Below the pieces are notes generated by a model. It did no database searches. It saw nothing but the letters and a program-made list of their open reading frames with translations, and was not told the origin of the DNA. This document shows positions 28,855 to 39,970 of a stretch of DNA of 64,000 nt, one piece after another. The stretch is from Myxococcota bacterium. GTDB lineage: Bacteria > Myxococcota_A > UBA796 > CAJQPC01. The stretch lies in the NCBI GenBank assembly GCA_036012755.1, contig DASCPX010000016.1, positions 64,001-128,000 of the forward strand, written 5' to 3'. Position 1 is the stretch's first letter, and each line of letters begins with the position of its first letter. The position numbers and the translations under genes were made by a program.

Positions 28855-29792
28855 CGGGACAGCCCCCGGTTCGAGGTCCGCGCCAGCGCCGCGGCGAGGT
28901 TGGTCACGAGCTTGGCGGCCCCGTTCTCCTGTGACAGCCGGGGCACGTCGATCACGCGAACGCCGACCTCCTCCTCCAGGCGACCCATGGTCCGCCCGGT
29001 GGCCTCCTCGAGGGCAGCCTCCCAGCGTCCTGCGAGGAGCAGCTCTCCCTCGTCACCCTCGTCGTAGCGAGTGGACAGCCGCTCCAGCAGGACCCGCTCG
29101 TCGGACGACAGGGAAGGGCGCGAGGCGCGGTTGAGCACCACCAAGGGCACGCTGAGCTCCGGGACGTGCTTACCCAGGGTGTTGAAGGTCTCGACGGTCT
29201 CGTTGACCACCATCTCCTCGGGCAGCGCCACCAGCACGAGGTGGGTGTCCGGACGCTTCAACATCGCCAGCGACTCGGTGCTGCGCACGTGCAGCGGGCC
29301 GACCCGAAACAGCGACAGGGTGCGGCTCGGCGAGCGCATCAGCGCCGCGGCGTGACCGGAAGCGGGCAGGTCGACGATGAGGAGGTCGTAGTCCTCGCGC
29401 AGCCAGACGAGCTTCGAGAGGGTGACGACCTCTCGGTTGCCAGGGGTGGCGTCGAGGAAGAGCCGAACCAGCCGGTTCGCCAGGATCATGTCGACGATGC
29501 GAGTGCTCGGTACCACCCGCTCGATCCACTCGTGCATCGCCTCGTACCAGGTGACGTTGCAGATCGACAGGTTCGCAGCGACCTGCACCGGCCGGTACCC
29601 GACCTCTGCCCCGAAGAGCGGAGCCAGCGCCGAGCGCTGCGCGTCCGCCTCGACGATGAGGACCTTGCGTCCCTGGGCAGCGGCCAGGCGCCCCAGGGCA
29701 GCGGAGACCGAGGTCTTGCCGACACCGCCCTTGCCCGTGACGAGCACGACCCGTCCGAAGACGAGGTCGGCGATGTCGAAGCCGTTCACCAT
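28851..29792 (-). CDS. ArsA/GET3-family ATPase (partner subunit)
   Basis: TGKGGVGKTS, ATPG..E, IVDLPASGH, LPEEM.V.ET. Confidence 0.88.
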   Translation of the reverse strand: MVNGFDIADLVFGRVVLVTGKGGVGKTSVSAALGRLAAAQGRKVLIVEADAQRSALAPLFGAEVGYRPVQVAANLSICNVTWYEAMHEWIERVVPSTRIVDMILANRLVRLFLDATPGNREVVTLSKLVWLREDYDLLIVDLPASGHAAALMRSPSRTLSLFRVGPLHVRSTESLAMLKRPDTHLVLVALPEEMVVNETVETFNTLGKHVPELSVPLVVLNRASRPSLSSDERVLLERLSTRYDEGDEGELLLAGRWEAALEEATGRTMGRLEEEVGVRVIDVPRLSQENGAAKLVTNLAAALARTSNRGLSR

Positions 29793-30778
29793 CGCAGCAG
29801 GGTGGCTCCCCAGGTCATGCCGGCGCCGAGGGCGGCCAGACAGACGAGGTCCCCGTCCCTGACGCGCCCCTGCTGGACCGCCTCGTGCAGGGCGATCGGA
29901 ATGCTCGCGGCGGTGGTGTTGCCATAGCGCTGGATGTTGTGGAACACCCGCGCGGGATCGAGCTCCATCCGCCTGCAGACGGCCTCGTTGATCCGCAGGT
30001 TGGCCTGGTGGGGGACCAGCAGATCGAGCTCGTCGAGGCGCACCTCGTGGGTCTCCAGCAGGGAGAGGATGACCTCGGGCAAGAGCCGCACGGCCATCTT
30101 GAAGACCGCGCGCCCCTCCATGTGCGGGAAGTGCAGTCCCTCGCTGAGCATCTCGTGGGTGAGCCGTGGGTTCCGTCGGCTCGCTGGGGCCTCCAGCTTC
30201 AGGATCTCCACGTAGGCGCCGTCCGCGTGCAGCTCGTGTCCCAGGATGCGGCGATCGCCGTCTGTGGGGCCGACGACGGCGGCTCCGGCCCCGTCGCCGA
30301 AGATGACGGTCACGTCCCGGCCTCGGTCGCTCATCTCGAGACCGCTGGAGTGCACCTCCGAGCCGACGACGAGCACGTGCCGGGCGAGGCCCGAGCGTAT
30401 GTGGGCGTCGGCGATCTGCAGACCGTAGAGGAAGCCCGTGCACTGGGTCCGGATGTCCAGCGCCGGGACGCCGTTGAGACCCAGCCGGTCCTGCAACAAG
30501 CAGCCCGAGCCTGGGAAGAAGACGTCCGGAGAGAGCGTGGCGAAGATGATGAGGTCGACCTCTGAGCACGGCAGGCCAGCCTCGGCCAGGGCCTCCTCCA
30601 CCGCGGGCACGGCGAGCTCGGCCGGGCCGACATCGCCCTCGACCCAGCGGCGCTCGACGATGCCCGTGCGTTTCTGGATCCACTCGTCGGTGGTCGACAG
30701 GAACACAGCGAGATCGTCGTTGGTGACGACCCGATCGGGCACGTGGTGCCCCAAACCCAGGATCCGAGAGCCCAGCAT
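29786..30778 (-). CDS. fabH: 3-oxoacyl-ACP synthase III
   Basis: QCTGF, FGDGAGA, PHQANLRI, GNTTAASIP catalytic triad motifs. Confidence 0.93.
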   Translation of the reverse strand: MLGSRILGLGHHVPDRVVTNDDLAVFLSTTDEWIQKRTGIVERRWVEGDVGPAELAVPAVEEALAEAGLPCSEVDLIIFATLSPDVFFPGSGCLLQDRLGLNGVPALDIRTQCTGFLYGLQIADAHIRSGLARHVLVVGSEVHSSGLEMSDRGRDVTVIFGDGAGAAVVGPTDGDRRILGHELHADGAYVEILKLEAPASRRNPRLTHEMLSEGLHFPHMEGRAVFKMAVRLLPEVILSLLETHEVRLDELDLLVPHQANLRINEAVCRRMELDPARVFHNIQRYGNTTAASIPIALHEAVQQGRVRDGDLVCLAALGAGMTWGATLLRW

Positions 30779-30799
30779 GGGCTAATTCTCTCCGGCGTG

Positions 30800-30975
30800 A
30801 GTTCCGACGCAGCCGGGGCTGCGACGGGGTGAACGACGGCACGCGCAGCGGGCCGCCGGGGGGAGGGCCGTAGGCCCGGGGGGCAGGGCCCCCCTGAAAG
30901 GAAACGAGTGCCCCAGCGCCGCGCCGCGGCGCGCGCCGGCGGCGCAGGTGGAAGGCGCATCGCGACTTCTGCCGA
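30800..30975. repeat. GC-rich multi-hairpin intergenic element (REP-like or structured leader)
   Basis: gcagcc-gg-ggctgc, gggcc-gta-ggccc and gggggc-agg-gccccc palindromes between gyrB and fabH. Confidence 0.4.
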
Positions 30976-30981
30976 GGGGCA

Positions 30982-33414
<2,433 letters not shown>

Positions 33415-33435
33415 TCACGAAAAGTCACCTGTTCC

Positions 33436-34527
33436 CTAACAGGTGACAGTGCCCTCCTCCACCTCGTACGCGCGGACCTCGACAGTTGTTCCAGCGCGCA
33501 CCACGTCTGGCTCCGTGGTCGTCACGAAGCACTGCAGATCCAACTCTTCGAGGAGCTGAACCAGGCGTCCGGTGCGGAGGCGATCCAGCTCGCTCGAGAG
33601 ATCGTCGAGCAAGAACAGCGGGCGAGCTCCACGGGCCCTGGCAGCCAGCAGCTCGGCGAGCTTCAGCGCGAGCACCAGGCTGCGGGTCTGCCCTTGGCTG
33701 GCGAAGGCGCGCGCCGGCTTGTCGTCGAGGCACAGCTCGAGGTCATCCCGCTGGGGCCCGACGAGGTTGGCGCCCCTCTCGATGGAGCTCGCCCTCGTGC
33801 GCTCGAGGGCAGCGAGGTAGGCACCGGCGAGCTCCTCGTGGCCATCGACCTCTGGGAGGCAGCTGCGGTAGGACATGGTGGCCTCTCCGCGGCCGGAGAT
33901 GCGCGCGTGCAGCTCGGTGAAAGGCCCGGCGAGCTCAGAGAGCAGGCGGCGACGGCGTGCCACGAGGCGAGCACCAGCGGCGGCGAGCTGCGTGTCGAAG
34001 ACGGCGAGCTGATCTCGATCGACCGGGAATCGCCGAAGCAGGGCCGCGCGCTGATCCAGCAGGCGCTTGTGGATCTGGGCGATCTCGAGGAAGGTCGCCG
34101 AGGCCGTGAAGGCAGCCCGATCGACGAAGGCGCGCCGGAGCTCCGGAGCCCCACGGACCAGCGCGACATCCTCTGGAGCGAAGAGGACTGCCCTGATGCC
34201 CTCGAAGTACTCGCGGAGCTTGCTCGGGGGCTTGCCGTCGATGAAGCCACGCTTGGAGCTCGGCTGGACCTCGAGCACCAGCTCACGGACGAGGTGGCCG
34301 TCGTCGATGCGACCGCGCACCCAGGCGCGACCGCAGCCGAAGCGGATGAGCTCGCGGTTTCGGCGGGTACGAAAGCTCTTCAAGGTCGCCAGGGCGTAGA
34401 CGGCCTCGAGCAGGTTGGTCTTGCCCTGGGCGTTGGCGCCATGGAGAACGACGAAGCTCGCGTCGCAGTCCAGCTCGGCGGTGGCGATGTTGCGCCAGTC
34501 CGCCAGCTGGAGCGACGAGAGCCTCAA
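33436..34527 (-). CDS. recF: DNA replication/repair protein RecF
   Basis: GANAQGKTNLLEA, RRAFVD, GPQRDD, SQGQ, LLDDLSSELD. Confidence 0.97.
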   Translation of the reverse strand: MRLSSLQLADWRNIATAELDCDASFVVLHGANAQGKTNLLEAVYALATLKSFRTRRNRELIRFGCGRAWVRGRIDDGHLVRELVLEVQPSSKRGFIDGKPPSKLREYFEGIRAVLFAPEDVALVRGAPELRRAFVDRAAFTASATFLEIAQIHKRLLDQRAALLRRFPVDRDQLAVFDTQLAAAGARLVARRRRLLSELAGPFTELHARISGRGEATMSYRSCLPEVDGHEELAGAYLAALERTRASSIERGANLVGPQRDDLELCLDDKPARAFASQGQTRSLVLALKLAELLAARARGARPLFLLDDLSSELDRLRTGRLVQLLEELDLQCFVTTTEPDVVRAGTTVEVRAYEVEEGTVTC

Positions 34528-35645
34528 TCCAGACGCATCGGCATGACGATGAGCAGGGAGTCGTCGCTTTCCGGCTGGCGGATCAGCGCCGGAGAGAGGG
34601 CGTCGCCGAGCTCGATGATGACGCGATCGCCCTCGACGGCCTGCAGCACTTCCTGGAAGTACCGGATGTTGAAGCCGATGTCGACGGCGTCGCCCTCCAT
34701 CTCGATGGGGATCTGCTCGCGGGCCTCGCCGAGGTCGCTGTGGCTCGCAGTGACCGTGACCGCCCCGTCGCCGAAAGCGAAGCGCACCGGACGACCGCGG
34801 TCCTGGGCGAGCACCGCGACCCGCTTCAAGGCAGCGTTCAAGGCGTCCTTGTGGGCGAAGGCCCGACGCTGGTAGCTGGTCGGCACGACCTGGCGGTAGT
34901 CCGGAAACTCCCCGTCGATCAGGCGGAAGTAGAAGCGAGCGCTGGAGGTGGTCACCAGGGCAGCGCTCTCGCCGAAGGAGATCTCCACCAGCTCCTCGTC
35001 GTTGCCGCAGAGCTTCTTCATCTCACCCAGCGCCTTGCGAGGGACCAGCATGCGCTCCGGCATGCCGAACTCGCCCTCGAAGGAGCACTGGGCAAAGGAC
35101 AGTCGGTGGCCGTCGGTCGCGACCAGGCGCAACAGGCGGTCTCCGTCGTTGCCGTCGACGACCTCGAGATGGCCGCCGTTGATGCCCCAGCGGTTGTCGT
35201 CCTGGCAGACCACGAAGCCCACCTGCTCGATGAGCCAGCGCAGCGTACCGCCCTGGATCTTGATGGAGGAGCGTCCGTCGAAGTCCGGCAGCGCGGGGAA
35301 GTCGGCGGCCGGAAGGCCCACCACCTTGTACCAGGCCGAGCCGCTGGTCACCTGCAGGCGCATCTGCGCCCCGAGCTCGAGGTGCGCGGTGTCGTCCGGA
35401 AGGACCTTTGCGATCTGGAACAGCGACTGGGCGTCGACAGTGACCTCGCCCGGCGCCACGACGTTGGCGGGGAAGTCTCCGATGAAGGCCAGCTCGGTGT
35501 CGGTGGCCGTGAGGCGCAAGCGATCCTCTGCAGCCTCCAGCAGTACGTGCGAGAGGATGGGGTTCGGGGTGTTGCGCCGCTCGACGATTCCCTGCACCCG
35601 GCCGAGGCCCGAGAGGAAGGCGTTGCGATCGATGTACAGCTCCAT
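34524..35645 (-). CDS. dnaN: DNA polymerase III beta clamp
   Basis: ATDTE, VATDGHRL, RLIDGEFPDY, IGFN..Y, VMPMR; position after dnaA. Confidence 0.97.
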   Translation of the reverse strand: MELYIDRNAFLSGLGRVQGIVERRNTPNPILSHVLLEAAEDRLRLTATDTELAFIGDFPANVVAPGEVTVDAQSLFQIAKVLPDDTAHLELGAQMRLQVTSGSAWYKVVGLPAADFPALPDFDGRSSIKIQGGTLRWLIEQVGFVVCQDDNRWGINGGHLEVVDGNDGDRLLRLVATDGHRLSFAQCSFEGEFGMPERMLVPRKALGEMKKLCGNDEELVEISFGESAALVTTSSARFYFRLIDGEFPDYRQVVPTSYQRRAFAHKDALNAALKRVAVLAQDRGRPVRFAFGDGAVTVTASHSDLGEAREQIPIEMEGDAVDIGFNIRYFQEVLQAVEGDRVIIELGDALSPALIRQPESDDSLLIVMPMRLD

Positions 35646-35918
35646 GGTGGGCTGGCTCCGCTGCGAAGAAGAAGAAGAGAAGTAGATCTAGTGATCGATC
35701 ATCATCATCATGATCGAGCTCTGTGGATGCTGGGGATAACCTCACAAAGACCCGAGATCATGGCCAAGTCGAAGGGGGCAACAGTGGCGTGATCCAGTGG
35801 ACGAGCTTGTTGGTGGATCGTGGACTTCCACGTCGTGCGCCGTGAGCGCCTGGTTGTCCCCATTCGTCCACAAGCTGTGCCCAACGCTGTTCCACGATCG
35901 ATCACAGGCTTGTCCTCA
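35646..35918. other. oriC: Chromosomal replication origin oriC
   Basis: dnaA-dnaN intergenic; DnaA-box-like 9-mers (minus strand TTATCCCCA 35731-35739 and GCATCCACA 35722-35730; plus strand TTGTCCCCA 35854, TCGTCCACA 35864, TTGTCCTCA 35910); trinucleotide repeats at 35665-35715. Confidence 0.85.
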
Positions 35919-37241
35919 GGTCCCGAGGTTCCGCTCGAGAGCCTCGACGTGGTTGCGAATGTCCGGATCCTTCTCGACCAGCTTCGCGACCTTCTTGCAG
36001 GCATGCTGGACGGTCGAGTGGTCCCTCCCGCCGAAGGAACGACCCAGGTCGGGGAAGGACAGCCCGGTGTGCTTCCGCGCCAGGTACATGGCGATCTGGC
36101 GCGGCCGGACGATGCCCTTGAGCTTGCGTCTCCCGACGAGGTCCGCGACCTTGATGTTGAAGAAGCGGGCGACCGCCTTCTTGATGTGGTCGGGGGTCAG
36201 GACCTGGGGATCCTCGGCCAAGAGGTTGCCGAGGTTGCGCCGGGTGAACTCCAGCGACAGCGGCTCGTCGTAGAAGCGCTCCAGCGCCGCCAGGCGGTTC
36301 AAGGCGCCCTCGAGCTCGCGCACGTTTCCCTGGACGCGCGAGCTGATCCAGAGAGCGACCTCGTCGTCGAGCTCGAGGCCGACCTCTTCGGCCTTGGAGT
36401 GGAGGATGGCGATCATGGTCTCGACATCCGGTGGCTGGATGTCTGCGAGCAGACCGCCCTCGAAGCGGGTCCGCAGCCGCGGCGCGAGCTTGTCGATGTC
36501 TCGTGGGAGCACATCGGCGGTGAGAATGATCTGCTTGCCTGCGTTCTTCAGGGCCTCGAAGGTGTGGAAGAACTCCTCCTGAGAGCGGTCCCGGCCCGAG
36601 AGGAACTGGATGTCGTCGATGATGACCACGTCGGCCTGCTGGCGGTACCGCTCCCGGAACTCCTCCATGCGCTTGAAGCGGAGACCGCCGATCATGTCGT
36701 TCACGAAGTCTTCTGCGGTCGTGTAGATGACGCCGACGTTGGGGTCTCGCTCCTGCATGCGGTTGCCGATGGCCTGGACCAGGTGGGTCTTGCCGGTGCC
36801 CGTGTGGCCGAAGACGAACAGCGGGTTGTAGTTCTGGCCGGGGAAGTCCGCGACGGCGAGGGCGGCGGCGTTGGCGAACTTGTTGCACGTCCCGACGACA
36901 TAGCTCTCGAAGGTCTTGTCCACGTTGAGGCTGTGGGAGCGCCGAGGCCGGGCCTCGCTTCGAGGTGTCGGGTCCCCAGGGTCCAGGGCGCCAGCCGCCT
37001 CGTTCTCCACGCTGAACTCGACCCGGATCGGATGCCCGACGGCCTTGGCGAGCTCCTCCAGGAAGACCTGCTGGTAGTTGTCCCGGACCCAGTCCGAGTA
37101 GTAGCGGTTCGGCACCTCGAGAGAGACCAGATCCCCCCTCAGGGTGAGCATGCGGATGGGCTTGATCCAGATCTCGTAGTTCTGGACGCCGATGCGCTCT
37201 TCAATGCGCTGCTGCACATCCTTCCAGATCGCTGTCGACAA
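35916..37241 (-). CDS. dnaA: Chromosomal replication initiator DnaA
   Basis: YNPLF.FG.TGTGKTHL, IDDIQF, QEEFFHTF, GNVRELEGAL, RQIAMYL, GGRDHSTV; TTG start with GGGAG SD. Confidence 0.98.
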   Translation of the reverse strand: MSTAIWKDVQQRIEERIGVQNYEIWIKPIRMLTLRGDLVSLEVPNRYYSDWVRDNYQQVFLEELAKAVGHPIRVEFSVENEAAGALDPGDPTPRSEARPRRSHSLNVDKTFESYVVGTCNKFANAAALAVADFPGQNYNPLFVFGHTGTGKTHLVQAIGNRMQERDPNVGVIYTTAEDFVNDMIGGLRFKRMEEFRERYRQQADVVIIDDIQFLSGRDRSQEEFFHTFEALKNAGKQIILTADVLPRDIDKLAPRLRTRFEGGLLADIQPPDVETMIAILHSKAEEVGLELDDEVALWISSRVQGNVRELEGALNRLAALERFYDEPLSLEFTRRNLGNLLAEDPQVLTPDHIKKAVARFFNIKVADLVGRRKLKGIVRPRQIAMYLARKHTGLSFPDLGRSFGGRDHSTVQHACKKVAKLVEKDPDIRNHVEALERNLGT

Positions 37242-37315
37242 CGCACCACTCCCAAACGAGCAACGCTCTCGCGGCGCCGCCGACCAACAACCCGCCATTG
37301 ATGGCGGAGCTACGG

Positions 37316-37344
37316 ATGCTATCGGAGAGCGCTCGGGAGCACAA
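37316..37344 (-). promoter_or_regulatory. Putative sigma70 promoter of dnaA
   Basis: Minus strand TTGTGC-17 nt-TAGCAT. Confidence 0.5.
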
Positions 37345-37429
37345 GGCGATCGCCGACAATGGAGAAGTCCGCGATCTTTCCTCGCTATTCCAGCATCTTG
37401 GCGGGGCGTGAGGGGATCGTCCGATCGAT

Positions 37430-37458
37430 TTGCGACAAGCTCGCTGAGGCGATAGACA
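37430..37458 (+). promoter_or_regulatory. Putative sigma70 promoter of the rpmH operon
   Basis: TTGCGA-17 nt-TAGACA upstream of rpmH. Confidence 0.45.
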
Positions 37459-37492
37459 GGCGGGCTGTCACTTCTTCGATTCGAGGCTTCCA

Positions 37493-37648
37493 ATGAAGCG
37501 CACGTACCAGCCCAGCAACATCAAGCGGAAGCGCTCCCACGGCTTCCGCGCTCGCATGTCCACCCCGGGCGGTCGCAAGATCATCGCGCGTCGTCGCGCA
37601 AAGGGCCGCAAGCTGCTCGTTCCCACCGTCCGCACCAAGCGCAGCTGA
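37493..37648 (+). CDS. rpmH: 50S ribosomal protein L34
   Basis: Hand-translated [40 protein letters not shown] (51 aa; absent from the ORF track). Confidence 0.98.
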   Translation: MKRTYQPSNIKRKRSHGFRARMSTPGGRKIIARRRAKGRKLLVPTVRTKRS

Positions 37649-38016
37649 AGCCCGGTGAGTCCTCCGCTGGCTTCGGCTTCCCGAAGTCCGCACGCCTCCT
37701 TCTTTCCCATGACTTCCGCCGTGTACAGGGAAGGGGACGGCGAATCCGCACCCGCCATCTGCTGGTGCTCTACACGCCGGGCCGACGCGAGGAGTCTCGT
37801 TGGGGGCTGGTAGTCAGCAAGAAGGTAGGAAAAGCCGTGACCCGCAACCAGGTGAAGCGTTGGCTTCGCGAGTCCATCCGCCACCGGCGGAGGGAGCTTG
37901 TCGGTGCCTGGGATCTGGCTGTGATCGCCTCGCCTCGAGCGGCGGACTCCACCTTTTCTGTCCTGGACGAAGAGATCGCAGAGGTCGTGAAGACCCTGTC
38001 CCAGAGGGCGGGATGA
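37645..38016 (+). CDS. rnpA: RNase P protein component (non-canonical start)
   Basis: FPKSARL...[30 protein letters not shown]; only CTG37645 is in frame close upstream of the conserved N-terminus. Confidence 0.92.
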   Translation: MKPGESSAGFGFPKSARLLLSHDFRRVQGRGRRIRTRHLLVLYTPGRREESRWGLVVSKKVGKAVTRNQVKRWLRESIRHRRRELVGAWDLAVIASPRAADSTFSVLDEEIAEVVKTLSQRAG

Positions 38017-38249
38017 GTCGGTTGTTGACCGAACTCCTCGTCCTTCCGATCCGCGCCTGGCAGCTGTTGGTCTCCAGCTGGATGCCGCCTGTCTGTCGCT
38101 TCGAGCCCAGCTGCAGTCGCTACGGCATCGAAGCCCTCCGCGTTCACGGCCCCCTGCGAGGCCTCTGGCTCGGTGGCCGCCGCATCCTCCGCTGCAATCC
38201 CTTCTGCGAGGGTGGCTTCGACCCCGTCCCGCCCATCGAGCTGGACTGA
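38013..38249 (+). CDS. yidD: Membrane protein insertion efficiency factor YidD
   Basis: CRFEPSCSRYG, RILRCNPF..GG.DPVP. Confidence 0.95.
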   Translation: MSRLLTELLVLPIRAWQLLVSSWMPPVCRFEPSCSRYGIEALRVHGPLRGLWLGGRRILRCNPFCEGGFDPVPPIELD

Positions 38250-39955
38250 TGGCCATCAACCGCAAGAAGGACAAGGGCCAGGAGCAGCGCACCATCTTCG
38301 CGATGCTGCTGTGCATGGGGCTGTTCTTCGGGTGGTCCTACTTCTTCGGTCCGGAGCCTCCTCCTCCTGCGGAGATCCCGGCGGAGGTCCCGGCGGAGGT
38401 CCCGGCAGCGAACGGGACGGCGACGGTCGAGGCACCGGTCGCGGCGCCCGTCGTCGAGATCCCGGAGCGCCAGGTCGACTTCGTCACGGACGAGGTCAGC
38501 GCCAAGCTCTCGTCCCACGGCGGCAGCCTGCGCAGCATCCTCCTGCCGAACCACGAGGCGGCCTACGAGCCTACCCCCATCTGGGTCTGGGTCTGGGACA
38601 AGATCACCGGCGACGCAGACGATTCCTGGTCCGCATATGGGGACGACCCCGGCACCGAGGAGGTGGTCCACCCCGACGGGATCCTCCTGGCTGCGGGCTC
38701 CGGCTCTGGCTTCGCCGAGTCCGACTACCTGCTGTCCGAGACCAAGGAAGGCTGGACCGCCACCGCGACGACCTCTCAGGGCGTCCGGGTGACCAAGACC
38801 TGGCGCTACACGGACGACCCGAACGTCCTCGAGGCCAGCGTCGAGTTCGTGAACGACAGCGGCGTGCGCTTCGAGGGCCCCCTCTGGATCGGCAGCTGGG
38901 ATCGCTTCTCCGGCGGCGACGGCATGATGGCCCGCTACACGAACTTCGGCCGCCCCTTCAGCCTCGTCGACGGAGACTTCGAGCAGCTGGACTCGCTGGA
39001 GGACATCGACGAGGACGGCGCTGAGCACTTCGAGGGCGAGGTCGGCTGGCTCGGTCTCGGCGACCGCTACTTCCTCGCCGTGCTCGTCCCGGACCGGACC
39101 GACTGGGGTTCCTTCCGCTTCGACAAGGGCGTGGACTCGGGCACCTACGGGGCCTTCGTCGTCAACGACGGCGTCGTTCTGGAGCCCGGCGCCGGGGAGC
39201 GTCTCGATTTCCAGGTCTACCTCGGTCCGAGGGACCTGGTGACCCTGGACGATCTCGGCCACGACCTCGATCTGGCTGTCGACTTCGGCTTCTTCGGCTT
39301 CTTCGCCAAGATCCTGCTCTGGCTGCTGCACCTCGTCTACGGGGTCCTGGGCAGCTGGGGCTTCTCGATCATCGTGCTGACCCTGCTGATGAAGGCCGCC
39401 TTCTGGCCCCTGACCCGGAAGTCCTTCGAGTCCGGCCAGAAGATGAAGGCCCTGCAGCCGCAGATCGAGGAGCTCAAGAAGAAGTACGGCGACGACGCCC
39501 AGCGAATGGGCCAGGAGCAGATGAAGCTCTTCAAGGACAACGGGGTCAACCCGATGTCCGGCTGCCTCCCCATGCTGCTCCAGATGCCCGTCTGGATCGC
39601 CCTGTACTCCGCCCTGCTCTACAGCGCCGACCTCTACCACGCCGAGTTCTTCTACCTGAAGGACCTCTCGGTGATGGACCCCTACGCGGTCCTTCCGCTG
39701 ATCGTCGGCGTCATGATGCTCCTCCAGCAGAAGCTCACCCCGATGAGCCCCAGCATGGATCCGATGCAGCAGAAGATGATGCGGCTGATGCCCTTCATGT
39801 TCGTGGCCATCTATTTCATCTTTCCGGCGGGCCTCGCGTTGTACGCGACGGTCAACACCAGCCTGTCCATCCTCCAGATGTGGCTGATCCGCCGAAAGCT
39901 CGCCAACACCGACAACAACCACACGGGGCCGAAAAAGGCGCTTGCAGCCAAGTAG
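38249..39955 (+). CDS. yidC: Membrane protein insertase YidC
   Basis: WGFSII.LT, MKALQP, NPMSGCLPMLLQMPVW, DLS..DPY, PAGL.LY. Confidence 0.97.
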   Translation: MAINRKKDKGQEQRTIFAMLLCMGLFFGWSYFFGPEPPPPAEIPAEVPAEVPAANGTATVEAPVAAPVVEIPERQVDFVTDEVSAKLSSHGGSLRSILLPNHEAAYEPTPIWVWVWDKITGDADDSWSAYGDDPGTEEVVHPDGILLAAGSGSGFAESDYLLSETKEGWTATATTSQGVRVTKTWRYTDDPNVLEASVEFVNDSGVRFEGPLWIGSWDRFSGGDGMMARYTNFGRPFSLVDGDFEQLDSLEDIDEDGAEHFEGEVGWLGLGDRYFLAVLVPDRTDWGSFRFDKGVDSGTYGAFVVNDGVVLEPGAGERLDFQVYLGPRDLVTLDDLGHDLDLAVDFGFFGFFAKILLWLLHLVYGVLGSWGFSIIVLTLLMKAAFWPLTRKSFESGQKMKALQPQIEELKKKYGDDAQRMGQEQMKLFKDNGVNPMSGCLPMLLQMPVWIALYSALLYSADLYHAEFFYLKDLSVMDPYAVLPLIVGVMMLLQQKLTPMSPSMDPMQQKMMRLMPFMFVAIYFIFPAGLALYATVNTSLSILQMWLIRRKLANTDNNHTGPKKALAAK

Positions 39956-39970
39956 GACCAAGGACAGAAC

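Noticed and set aside
27715..29792. Arsenic resistance operon
   Set aside because: No arsB/acr3/arsC/arsR; the proteins are single-domain GET3-like ATPases
37456..37648. Thermus-style rnpA start upstream of rpmH
   Set aside because: The frame is open, but the codon 4 nt upstream of the rpmH ATG is TCC; open -1 frames are common at this GC
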